Assembly: GCA_977862235.1 (NCBI GenBank) | Contig: OZ374559.1 | Location: 1,488,001 to 1,552,000, forward strand | Length of the DNA: 64,000 nt | Reading direction: 5' to 3' | From: Dudresnaya verticillata | Lineage: Eukaryota | Shown here: in pieces, positions 35,853-47,300 of the stretch | Layout of the letters: each line of letters opens with the position of its first letter | Position numbering within the stretch: position 1 is the first letter of the stretch | Translations under genes and position numbers: made by a program | The notes under the pieces: model-generated | What the model was told of the DNA's origin: nothing | What the model saw: the letters and a program-made list of their open reading frames with translations, nothing else | Databases searched by the model: none

Positions 35853-38800
35853 GGACATGGTCGCTGGCGCCTCACGTCACGGGTCAGGTACCCCAGATGG
35901 TACCCTGGCACGCTTTCACCAAACCTTCCGGAGACGACAGCCCTTTTTCCGGGCTTCCAAAATCACGGCGCATTTAGGCCTTTTGCAAAAGCAACGTGAA
36001 ACGGGCTTCTGATTGGTTGTTACAAACCGCCTCCATGGTCTATATGGCTTACAAGTGTTGTGCTGGAATTGGCGGTTATAACAGGAACGGCCAAGTGGAA
36101 CGATCTGATTGGACCACATGGATGCACGTGGTATGGCATGGAATGGTACTGGTATGACGCGCACTGTACTCCACAAGTACATATGAACGTGCCATGCAAT
36201 GTGCTGATGGCGTCTGAGTTGGTACTGCAGGGACTTGCGCTACGTGGAGCCTGGCTTGTGATATCAGCAGATGCAGTTGTCGTGCGGCCAACACGTCGGT
36301 TTACAGTTGCCACGTAGCTGTCGTGCGCCCGACACGTTGGTTTACAGTTGCCACGTAGGTGTCGTGCGGCCGACACGTTGGTTTACAGCTGCCACGTAGG
36401 CAAATCTGGGTGATTACGTGGTCAATGATCCAAGTTGGATATTCATGGACGGACTTCAGCTCGTAAGTGCGGCCACGTGGTATGCAGTGTTGTCCGACAG
36501 CAGTCATGCGGGGACACTCGATACTTTCGAGTTCCCGCCCAAAGTTGGAGTACATATGGATGGCAGGAAATGCGGTCGCAAGAGGGATTGCTGATGTCAG
36601 CAGTTAGCAACACTGGTGTGCAAGTTCCCGCCCATTTTGGTGGCGGATGTGAGTGTGCTGAGAGTATGATTTGGTAGATTTGATTGCTTTACTTTTTCCC
36701 GCCCATTTGATGATAGGGATTTTGGGCGTTTCTTTAATGATTTGTTTTGTTTGTGTTCACGCAGCAACTCATCCGAAAAGCTGATATAAGCCATGTCGGA
36801 TGGTCGACTGCAGTAAACGAAGTCAAGCGACTTCCATTTCTCATCTTGTTCAACTCCAACCTCTCCATATTTCTTTAAGGTTATGGGCCCAGAAGGTCGA
36901 CCTACGCAGACTTCATCGCTTCGCTGCAACCTTCTTCCTTTTTCTTTTCATTCTTGATACTGTCCGGTCCTGTTGAGGACATGGTCGCTGGCGCCTCACG
37001 TCACGGGTCAGGTACCCCAGATGGTACCCTGGCACGCTTTCACCAAACCTTCCGGAGACGACAGCCCTTTTTCCGGGCTTCCAAAATCACGGCGCATTTA
37101 GGCCTTTTGCAAAAGCAACGTGAAACGGGCTTCTGATTGGTTGTTACAAACCGCCTCCATGGTCTATATGGCTTACAAGTGTTGTGCTGGAATTGGCGGT
37201 TATAACAGGAACGGCCAAGTGGAACGATCTGATTGGACCACATGGATGCACGTGGTATGGCATGGAATGGTGTTGGTATGACTCGCACTGTACTCCACAA
37301 GTACACATGAACCTGCCATGCAATGTGCTGATGGCGTCCGAGTTGGTACTGCAGGGACTTGCGCTACGTGGAGCCTGGCTTGTGATATCAGCAGATGCAG
37401 TTGTCGTGCGGCCGACACGTTGGTTTACAGTTGGCACGTAGCTGTCGTGCGGCCGACACGTTGGTTTACAGTTTTCACGTAGCTGTCGTGCGGCCGACAC
37501 GTTGGTTTACAGCTGCCACGTAGGCAAATCTGGTTGATTACGTGGTCAATGATCCAAGTTGGATATTCATGGACGGACTTGAGCTGGTAAGTGCGGCCAC
37601 GTGGTGTGCAGTGTTGTCCGACAGCAGCCATGCGGGGACACTCGATACTTTCACGTTCCCGCCCAAAGTTGGAGTACATATGGATGGCAGGAAATGCGGT
37701 CGCAAGAGGGATTGCTGATGTCAGCAGTTAGCAACACTGGTGTACAAGTTCCCGCCCATTCTGGTGGCGGATGTGAGTGTGCTGAGAGCATGATTTGGTA
37801 GATTTAATTGCTTTACTTTTTCCCGCCCATTTGATGATAGGGATTTTGGGCGTTTCTTTAATGATTTGTTTTGTTTGTGTTCACGCAGCAACTCATCCGA
37901 AAAGCTGATATAAGCCATGTCGGATGATCGACTGCAGTAAACGAAGTCAAGCGACTTCCATTTCTCATCTTGTTCAACTTCAACCTCTCCATATTCCTTT
38001 TCAGGTTATGGGCCCAGAAGGTCGACCTACGCAGACTTCATCGCTTCGCTGCAACCTTCTTCCTTTTTCTTTTCATTCTTGATACTGTCCGGTCCCGTCC
38101 TGGCCTGTCCTGTCTGCTTGTGTCCTGTCCTGTCGGCTTGTGTCCTGTCCTGTCTGCTTGTTGTCTGTTGAAAGTGGTCCCTATCCCACTGTGTTGGCTT
38201 GTGTCTCTGATTTTGTGAGAGAGTTCTCGAGGCTTTCGTCCGCTGTTGTCTTGGTCCGTGAGCTTGCTGAGAGGTTGAGTGTTGTGCGTGGTGACTCTCG
38301 TTAAGTCAGGACCTCGTTGGCCTAGGGGAGCAGCCTCCAGTAAGATCCAGAACCTTGACACGGTTGGGCCTAGTTCCATTCCTGCAAGAGACTGGACCTG
38401 TTCGTGTGGTGAACACTCGTTTTGAGTTAGTACCCATAAGGTGGACGTCTCGTAAGGATTGCATACTTCGTGTCTGTGTGCGCACGACACGAAAGGGCTG
38501 CTGAAAGACGCATTTCACCCGGAGAATCATATCCGGGGGCCAGGAGTCCGACTCCTAGGGGTGACTAGGTAGAACCTGGTGCCAGAACATCCCGCGTCAA
38601 AAAGACGTTCAACTATCAAGAATCAACTTTTCAACTTCAAGTTTCAACTTTTCTTCTTCAGTCCAGGTGATCCCATCATCACCTGAGAGTTTCATTACTC
38701 CAAGCGTGGGAGCTACTTGGCAAAGTGTGCTCCGCTTGTGACTGTATTATATTACCGACGTGTTCGACACATTTCTCAGTTTCGTCGTCACGTCTTCGTT

Positions 38801-38939
38801 GTGTGAGCTGCACTGCTCTGCTTAACACGACTATTACCCTCTGGGCATCGACACTGTTGCACTAACAGCACTGCCCCAAGTTTACCAAGTTTTCTAAAAC
38901 TATTCAAGTTATCTCTTCTCACCACCAGTCGCAACAGCG

Positions 38940-41900
38940 ATGACTGATACCGAAGCCGAGATGGATACTTCGAGCGGGGTCAAGATACCCCGTTTCCACG
39001 GCAGGAGAGGTGACGACTACAGTCTCTGGCGTCATCGCCTTCGTGCCGCATGCCGCATCAAAGGGGTTTGGAATGTTGTCCACACCTCAAACGACACACC
39101 GAGTAGCTCACAGTCAACTGGAGAGGCCTCAGCGGATACTTCCATTCTTCACGCCAGAACCTTGGCCAAACGTGAGAAGGCTTGCGGGATCATTATCTCC
39201 GCACTTGGTGATGCTCCGCTTCGTGTCGTTATGGAGGTTGATGATGACCCCAAACGCATGCTGGAGCTATTGGACTCGCGCTATGCGTCCAGTCGAACCG
39301 TATCCCGTATCGCCGTACAGACCAAGCTATTCCGTATGACGTACACCGGTCAGAATATGTCCAGCTATGTCGACCAGTACACGTCACTGTTCGCCCAACT
39401 CGACCGCATGGGCAACGACTCGGCGATACCGGAGACACATAAGGCACCTATGCTGCTTGTTTCCATTGATCCGTCCTGCCACCTGGAGTCAACAGCTGCA
39501 GCTCTTCGCACCAAAGATGCTGCTGAGCTGACTTGGGACTACGTCGCAACCACGCTGATCGATGAGTACAACGCCAAAGATTCTCATGGATCAAACGCAG
39601 GTGGGAGATCCAGTAAGTCGAAGAGTCGTCGCAAGAAGAAAAAGAAGTCCGCGTCGTCAGGTTCTCGCCAGCAACACAACACGCTGGATGACAACGACGA
39701 CTCCGATGACTCTTCTGATATTGAATCCACCGTCCGTGCGTTGGCGGTTGCACTCAAGTCCGCCAAGCAGGCTCACTCCACCCCGAACCGGCACCTTCAC
39801 TGTGATGTTTGCGACAAGGATGGACACACCGCGGATCGATGCTATCTCAATCCGGAAAATCCTAACAACAAGCTTCCTCCAAAGGTGCGACAGATGTTCA
39901 CCAACCAGGGCAAAAAGGGCAACGCCAACTCGGCGGTAGCTGCATCTGGTAAGAATAATGGTAAATCTGCAAAGGTAGAAATCGCCGGTGCATCGGTTGA
40001 GATGACTACTGTTGTTCCTCCGAACGACCAAGGAACGTATGCCGACATGTTACACGACAGTGGAGCAACTGTGCATTGCTTCCACTCAATGACTTCTTTT
40101 GTACCGAGCTCAGTATCACGCTGCGAAAAGCGTACTGTAGTGCTTGCGGACAAGTCGTCTGTCACCTCAGACCTATGTGGAGATGTGATTCTGCCGTTTG
40201 AGCATGCTAATATTCGGCTCAAGAAGGCCCTCTTCATCCCGCAGATGGGATACAATCTTGTCTCTACTGGGCGTTTGGCAGATAAAGGAATTGAATCCCA
40301 CTTTCGCCGCTTGGACGTGCGCTTGGTACTCGACTCTGATGGGTACTATATTGGATCCGGTGTTCGCGATGCGAGTTCTGGAATGTACATGCTACCAGAA
40401 CCCGAGCCGCACACTTCGGAGGAGCAAGTACTGGCTGTCCCCAGCACGCAGCAAACTACTGAGCTCTGGCATCGACGTCTTGCCCACATTAATTTTCGGG
40501 ACTTGGCCAAAGTGCACGAGCATGTTGAGGGTGTTCCGGAGTTGGGCTCCACTCATGAAGTGTGTCGGGCTTGTAGGCTTGGGAAAGCACACAAACAATC
40601 ATTCCCAGGGCACTTCCGCCCGGCCAAAGCTGTCGGTGATCTCGTGCATTCCGACATTGTGGGTCCAATCCAGATCTCCTTTCCCGATCGTTTCCGGTAT
40701 GCCACGACGTTTCTGGATGATAAATCCCGTTTCTTGGTCGTCGCATGTATGAGAAGTCGCCGTATGTTGAGTGCAGCATTTGATCAAGCTTCAGCAAAGT
40801 TTATCGAGCTTGGAGGAGCGGAAATAACAAAACTCCACTCAGACGGGGCTCAGGAGTATTTGGCTTTGCAGAAAGATTTGGGAGGAGTTGGAGACAGTGG
40901 CAAATCCTTCTCCCCACCTTATACTCCGGAGCTCAATGGAATCGCGGAAAGGGTGAACCGAACCATGGTGGAAGCTGCCCTGACTTTGCTGATCCAGGCT
41001 GATCTACCGGGATGTTTGTGGCCGTTTGCACTGAAGCATGTCAACTACGTGCGCAATCGGGTTCCACACTCAACCGTTGGGGCTACGCCATACTCGGTCA
41101 TGACAGGTGATGTTCCTGATTTAAAACATTTAAGAGTGTTTGGATGTGCTGCATATGTCCTAAGGCTCCCACGCGGATCCAAGTTCGAGTCTCGTGCACT
41201 TGAGGGGGTGCACTTGGAGACTCTAGAGCATGGGATCTACAGGATATTGGTCACTGGCGGTGACGGTATACCTCGTGTGGTTGAGTCGCGGCATGTCACA
41301 TTCGACGAGTCCAAATTCCCGGGTGCTCCAAGCCTGTTGGAATATGGGCAGGACGAGGCAGATTCGGATGAAGATTACGAGTCTAACTCAGAGGCCTCTA
41401 TTTTCAACTCGGACTCTGATGACGATGTGTCGCTGGGTAACTTTGAGGATGAAGAGGATGCAATTGAAGTTGACACACCTTCTTCACCTCCACTACCTCC
41501 ATCAGAACCCAGCTCATTCGAATCTGATGACACGGCTGAGGAAGAAAACGTCTCTGACAGTCCTCCGGCTGGTGTGAGTTCAGATCCAGAACGCCAGCAA
41601 CAGAGTCGATATCCTCGTCGCCAACGTCGCCAGACGTCGAAATGGTTTATGGCGAGCTCTGCACAAGCTGAACAACAGGTTGCCCTCACAACGGGAGATG
41701 AGCCCACTCTTCGAGAGGCCATGTCTGCCACTCCGGAGGAGCGCGGGTTGTGGCAATCTGCCATTGATGATGAGTTCGCATCCTTGGAATCCAAAGGCAC
41801 TTGGGTCCGTGATGACAGTCCCGGTGCACAGCCGCTTCCAACGCACGCCGTGCTGAAAGTTAAACGCAAGTCCGACGGGACCGTCGAGCGCTTCAAAGCG

Positions 41901-43274
41901 CGGGTCGTCGCTGGTGGAAACTTCCAGACGTATGGTGAAGACTACATGGAAACATACGCCCCAGTTGTGTCGTTCTCGCTGGTGCGCATGTTCCTATACT
42001 TGGTACTGTGTTTGAACCTGTTTGTTGCACAGCTAGACGTGAAGACGGCTTTCCTGAATGGTGATCTGGCAGAACACGTGTGGGTAATGTCACCGCGTGG
42101 GATTCCTGGAAGGGAATCTCTCTGTTACAAACTTCTGAAGGCTATGTATGGGCTAAAACAGGCTCACCTAGCTTGGCACACCAAGCTGTGTGGTGACCTT
42201 GCTAGGATGATGTTTGAGGAATTGCCAAGTGCACCTTGCGTGTTTCGTCGCAAATCCAAGTCTTCTGGATACGCATACATCTTGGTGTACGTTGATGACT
42301 TGCTCATCCTCGCGCCCAGAAAGGCGGAGAGAGACGCCATTGTTAAGGAACTGCAGGGCCTCTACGATCTACGGCTGTCTGAAGGGGTTGACCTCTTCCT
42401 CGGAGTCGAGCTTGGATGGAAGCTAGACTCTGATGGCAGATTTGTGTCCCTCAAGATGACTCAACAGGTCTACACGGAAAGTGTTCTTCGTCGATTTGGA
42501 CTTCAGAACTCTAAGCCGGCTTGTACGCCGATGGTTGAGTCTTTCTTCACTGGACTTGCCGCCGAAGAGGACAAGGCCGTCGTGTCGGTTGAGACGTACC
42601 AGCAGATGATCGGGTCACTTCTGTACTTGGGGCTTCGCACAAGGCTGGACATTTTGGCCTCTGTGCTTATCCTCGCACGGTTCCAGAAGGCTCCAACTGC
42701 GTACTGTCACCGTGGTGTAAAGAGGGTTCTGCGATATCTTCGAGGCACTCACAAGCATGGAGTTACGTACCAGTCCGGAAGCATTCGTATCCAAGCTTAT
42801 GTGGACGCTGACTATGCCGGTGACACCACAGACCGAAAATCTATGTCTGGTTACATGGTGAAACTGGGAGATGCAGTGTGTATTTGGGGATCCAAGAAGC
42901 AGTCAACTGTTGCTCTCTCAACTTGCGAGTCGGAGTACTATGCAATGACTCTGGCTGCGAAAGAGACGGTTTGGGTCACGCGAGTGCTGAAGGAGGCCGA
43001 CTTGAACGTCGAAGGCCCGGTTCCATTGAGATCAGACAACCAGTCTGCCATCAATTGGGCTACTGGAGAACGCTGTCCGTCTGGTCGTGCCAAGCACATC
43101 GACGTTCGTGTACACTTCATTCGCGAACTTGTCGCCGACTCTGTTCTGGAAGTGGTGTATGTGCCGTCAGAAGACAACGACGCGGACTTGCTGACAAAGC
43201 CACTCGGCCCCACTTTGCTCAATAGGATTCTACCAAGGGTTGGACTTGGAGGAGCCATCGAGGAGGAGTGTTGA
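38940..43274 (+). CDS. Ty1/copia Gag-Pol polyprotein, duplicate of 31518-35852
   Basis: The ORF-track translation appears identical, including the YADMLHDSG insertion. Confidence 0.97.
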   Translation: MTDTEAEMDTSSGVKIPRFHGRRGDDYSLWRHRLRAACRIKGVWNVVHTSNDTPSSSQSTGEASADTSILHARTLAKREKACGIIISALGDAPLRVVMEVDDDPKRMLELLDSRYASSRTVSRIAVQTKLFRMTYTGQNMSSYVDQYTSLFAQLDRMGNDSAIPETHKAPMLLVSIDPSCHLESTAAALRTKDAAELTWDYVATTLIDEYNAKDSHGSNAGGRSSKSKSRRKKKKKSASSGSRQQHNTLDDNDDSDDSSDIESTVRALAVALKSAKQAHSTPNRHLHCDVCDKDGHTADRCYLNPENPNNKLPPKVRQMFTNQGKKGNANSAVAASGKNNGKSAKVEIAGASVEMTTVVPPNDQGTYADMLHDSGATVHCFHSMTSFVPSSVSRCEKRTVVLADKSSVTSDLCGDVILPFEHANIRLKKALFIPQMGYNLVSTGRLADKGIESHFRRLDVRLVLDSDGYYIGSGVRDASSGMYMLPEPEPHTSEEQVLAVPSTQQTTELWHRRLAHINFRDLAKVHEHVEGVPELGSTHEVCRACRLGKAHKQSFPGHFRPAKAVGDLVHSDIVGPIQISFPDRFRYATTFLDDKSRFLVVACMRSRRMLSAAFDQASAKFIELGGAEITKLHSDGAQEYLALQKDLGGVGDSGKSFSPPYTPELNGIAERVNRTMVEAALTLLIQADLPGCLWPFALKHVNYVRNRVPHSTVGATPYSVMTGDVPDLKHLRVFGCAAYVLRLPRGSKFESRALEGVHLETLEHGIYRILVTGGDGIPRVVESRHVTFDESKFPGAPSLLEYGQDEADSDEDYESNSEASIFNSDSDDDVSLGNFEDEEDAIEVDTPSSPPLPPSEPSSFESDDTAEEENVSDSPPAGVSSDPERQQQSRYPRRQRRQTSKWFMASSAQAEQQVALTTGDEPTLREAMSATPEERGLWQSAIDDEFASLESKGTWVRDDSPGAQPLPTHAVLKVKRKSDGTVERFKARVVAGGNFQTYGEDYMETYAPVVSFSLVRMFLYLVLCLNLFVAQLDVKTAFLNGDLAEHVWVMSPRGIPGRESLCYKLLKAMYGLKQAHLAWHTKLCGDLARMMFEELPSAPCVFRRKSKSSGYAYILVYVDDLLILAPRKAERDAIVKELQGLYDLRLSEGVDLFLGVELGWKLDSDGRFVSLKMTQQVYTESVLRRFGLQNSKPACTPMVESFFTGLAAEEDKAVVSVETYQQMIGSLLYLGLRTRLDILASVLILARFQKAPTAYCHRGVKRVLRYLRGTHKHGVTYQSGSIRIQAYVDADYAGDTTDRKSMSGYMVKLGDAVCIWGSKKQSTVALSTCESEYYAMTLAAKETVWVTRVLKEADLNVEGPVPLRSDNQSAINWATGERCPSGRAKHIDVRVHFIRELVADSVLEVVYVPSEDNDADLLTKPLGPTLLNRILPRVGLGGAIEEEC

Positions 43275-44300
43275 GGACATGGTCGCTGGCGCCTCACGTC
43301 ACGGGTCAGGTACCCCAGATGGTACCCTGGCACGCTTTCACCAAACCTTCCGGAGACGACAGCCCTTTTTCCGGGCTTCCAAAATCACGGCGCATTTAGG
43401 CCTTTTGCAAAAGCAACGTGAAACGGGCTTCTGATTGGTTGTTACAAACCGCCTCCATGGTCTATATGGCTTACAAGTGTTGTGCTGGAATTGGCGGTTA
43501 TAACAGGAACGGCCAAGTGGAACGATCTGATTGGACCACATGGATGCACGTGGTATGGCATGGAATGGTACTGGTATGACGCGCACTGTACTCCACAAGT
43601 ACATATGAACGTGCCATGCAATGTGCTGATGGCGTCTGAGTTGGTACTGCAGGGACTTGCGCTACGTGGAGCCTGGCTTGTGATATCAGCAGATGCAGTT
43701 GTCGTGCGGCCAACACGTCGGTTTACAGTTGCCACGTAGCTGTCGTGCGCCCGACACGTTGGTTTACAGTTGCCACGTAGGTGTCGTGCGGCCGACACGT
43801 TGGTTTACAGCTGCCACGTAGGCAAATCTGGGTGATTACGTGGTCAATGATCCAAGTTGGATATTCATGGACGGACTTCAGCTCGTAAGTGCGGCCACGT
43901 GGTATGCAGTGTTGTCCGACAGCAGTCATGCGGGGACACTCGATACTTTCGAGTTCCCGCCCAAAGTTGGAGTACATATGGATGGCAGGAAATGCGGTCG
44001 CAAGAGGGATTGCTGATGTCAGCAGTTAGCAACACTGGTGTGCAAGTTCCCGCCCATTTTGGTGGCGGATGTGAGTGTGCTGAGAGTATGATTTGGTAGA
44101 TTTGATTGCTTTACTTTTTCCCGCCCATTTGATGATAGGGATTTTGGGCGTTTCTTTAATGATTTGTTTTGTTTGTGTTCACGCAGCAACTCATCCGAAA
44201 AGCTGATATAAGCCATGTCGGATGGTCGACTGCAGTAAACGAAGTCAAGCGACTTCCATTTCTCATCTTGTTCAACTCCAACCTCTCCATATTTCTTTTA

Positions 44301-47300
44301 CCGCCAATTCCAGCACAACACTTGTAAGCCATATAGACCATGGAGGCGGTTTGTAACAACCAATCAGAAGCCCGTTTCACGTTGCTTTTGCAAAAGGCCT
44401 AAATGCGCCGTGATTTTGGAAGCCCGGAAAAAGGGCTGTCGTCTCCGGAAGGTTTGGTGACAGCGTGCCAGGGTGCCATCTGGGGTGCCTGACCCGTGAC
44501 GTGAGGCGCCAGCGACCATGTCCTCAACACTCCTCCTCGATGGCTCCTCCAAGTCCAACCCTTGGTAGAATCCTATTGAGCAAAGTGGGCCCGAGTGGCT
44601 TTGTCAGCAAGTCCGCGTCGTTGTCTTCTGACGGCACATACACCACTTCCAGAACAGAGTCGGCGACAAGTTCGCGAATGAAGTGTACACGAACGTCGAT
44701 ATGCTTGGCACGACCAGATAGACAGCGTTCTCCAGTAGCCCAATTGATGGCAGACTGGTTGTCTGATCTCAATGGAACCGGGCCTTCGACGTTCAAGTCG
44801 GCCTCCTTCAGCACTCGCGAGACCCAAACCGTCTCTTTCGCAGCCAGAGTCATTGCATAGTACTCCGACTCGCAAGTTGTGAAAAGGAATATGGAGAGGT
44901 TGAAGTTGAACAAGATGAGAAATGGAAGTCGCTTGACTTCGTTTACTGCAGTCGATCATCCGACATGGCTTATATCAGCTTTTCGGATGAGTTGCTGCGT
45001 GAACACAAACAAAACAAATCATTAAAGAAACGCCCAAAATCCCTATCATCAAATGGGCGGGAAAAAGTAAAGCAATTAAATCTACCAAATCATGCTCTCA
45101 GCACACTCACATCCGCCACCAGAATGGGCGGGAACTTGTACACCAGTGTTGCTAACTGCTGACATCAGCAATCCCTCTTGCGACCGCATTTCCTGCCATC
45201 CATATGTACTCCAACTTTGGGCGGGAACGTGAAAGTATCGAGTGTCCCCGCATGGCTGCTGTCGGACAACACTGCACACCACGTGGCCGCACTTACCAGC
45301 TCAAGTCCGTCCATGAATATCCAACTTGGATCATTGACCACGTAATCACCCAGATTTGCCTACGTGGCAGCTGTAAACCAACGTGTCGGCCGCACGACAG
45401 CTACGTGATAACTGTAAACCAACGTGTCGGGCGCACGACAGCTACGTGGCAACTGTAAACCAACGTGTCGGCCGCACGACAACTGCATCTGCTGATATCA
45501 CAAGTCAGGCTCCACGTAGCGCAAGTCCCTGCAGTACCAACTCGGACGCCATCAGCACATTGCATGGCAGGTTCATGTGTACTTGTGGAGTACAGTGCGA
45601 GTCATACCAACACCATTCCATGCCATACCACGTGCATCCATGTGGTCCAATCAGATCGTTCCACTTGGCCGTTCCTGTTATAACCGCCAATTCCAGCACA
45701 ACACTTGTAAGCCATATAGACCATGGAGGCGGTTTGTAACAACCAATCAGAAGCCTGTTTCACGTTGCTTTTGCAAAAGGCCTAAATGCGCCGTGATTTT
45801 GGAAGCCCGGAAAAAGGGCTGTCGTCTCCGGAAGGTTTGGTGAAAGCGTGCCAGGGTACCATCTGGGGTACCTGACCCGTGACGTGAGGCGCCAGCGACC
45901 ATGTCCTCAACAAGTTGAGAGAGCAACAGTTGACTGCTTCTTGGATCCCCAAATACACACTGCATCTCCCAGTTTCACCATGTAACCAGACATAGATTTT
46001 CGGTCTGTGGTGTCACCGGCATAGTCAGCGTCCACATAAGCTTGGATACGAGTGCTTCCGGACTGGTACGTAACTCCATGCTTGTGAGTGCCTCGAAGAT
46101 ATCGCAGAACCCTCTTTACACCACGGTGACAGTACGCAGTTGGAGCCTTCTGGAACCGTGCGAGGATAAGCACAGAGGCCAAAATATCCAGCCTTGTGCG
46201 AAGCCCCAAGTACAGAAGTGACCCGATCATCTGCTGGTACGTCTCAACCGACACGACGGCCTTGTCCTCTTCGGCGGCAAGTCCAGTGAAGAAAGACTCA
46301 ACCATCGGCGTACAAGCCGGCTTAGAGTTCTGAAGTCCAAATCGACGAAGAACACTTTCCGTGTAGACCTGTTGAGTCATCTTGAGGGACACAAATCTGC
46401 CATCAGAGTCTAGCTTCCATCCAAGCTCGACTCCGAGGAAGAGGTCAACCCCTTCAGACAGCCGTAGATCGTAGAGGCCCTGCAGTTCCTTAACAATGGC
46501 GTCTCTCTCCGCCTTTGTGGGTGCGAGGATGAGCAAGTCATCAACGTACACCAAGATGTATGCGTATCCAGAAGACTTGGATTTGCGACGAAACACGCAA
46601 GGTGCACTTGGCAATTCCTCAAACATCATCCTAGCAAGGTCACCACACAGCTTGGTGTGCCAAGCTAGGTGAGCCTGTTTTAGCCCATACATAGCCTTCA
46701 GAAGTTTGTAACAGAGAGATTCCCTTCCAGGAATCCCACGCGGTGACATTACCCACACGTGTTCTGCCAGATCACCATTCAGGAAAGCCGTCTTCACGTC
46801 TAGCTGTGCAACAAACAGGTTCAAACACAGTACCAAGTATAGGAACATGCGCACCAGCGAGAACGACACAACTGGGGCGTATGTTTCCATGTAGTCTTCA
46901 CCATACGTCTGGAAGTTTCCACCAGCGACGACCCGCGCTTTGAAGCGCTCGACGGTCCCGTCGGACTTGCGTTTAACTTTCAGCACGGCGTGCGTTGGAA
47001 GCGGCTGTGCATCGGGACTGTCATCACGGACCCAAGTGCCTTTGGATTCCAAGGATGCGAACTCATCATCAATGGCAGATTGCCACAACCCGCGCTCCTC
47101 CGGAGTGGCAGACATGGCCTCTCGAAGAGTGGGCTCATCTCCAGTTGTGAGGACAACCTGTTGTTCAGCTTGTGCAGAGCTTGCCATAAACCATTTCGAC
47201 GTCTGGCGACGTTGGCGACGAGGATATCGACTCTGTTGCTGGCGTTCTGGGTCTGAACTCACACCAGCCGGAGGATTGTCAGAGACGTTTTCTTCCTCAG

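Larger units (their letters stand above)
28672..44300 (+). mobile_element. Composite tandem copia C: LTR3(5'-deleted)-PBS-LTR4-internal-LTR5-PBS-LTR6-internal-LTR7
   Basis: LTRs at 28672-29456, 29549-30581, 35847-36878, 36971-38003 and 43269-44300; period 7,422 bp. Confidence 0.96.
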
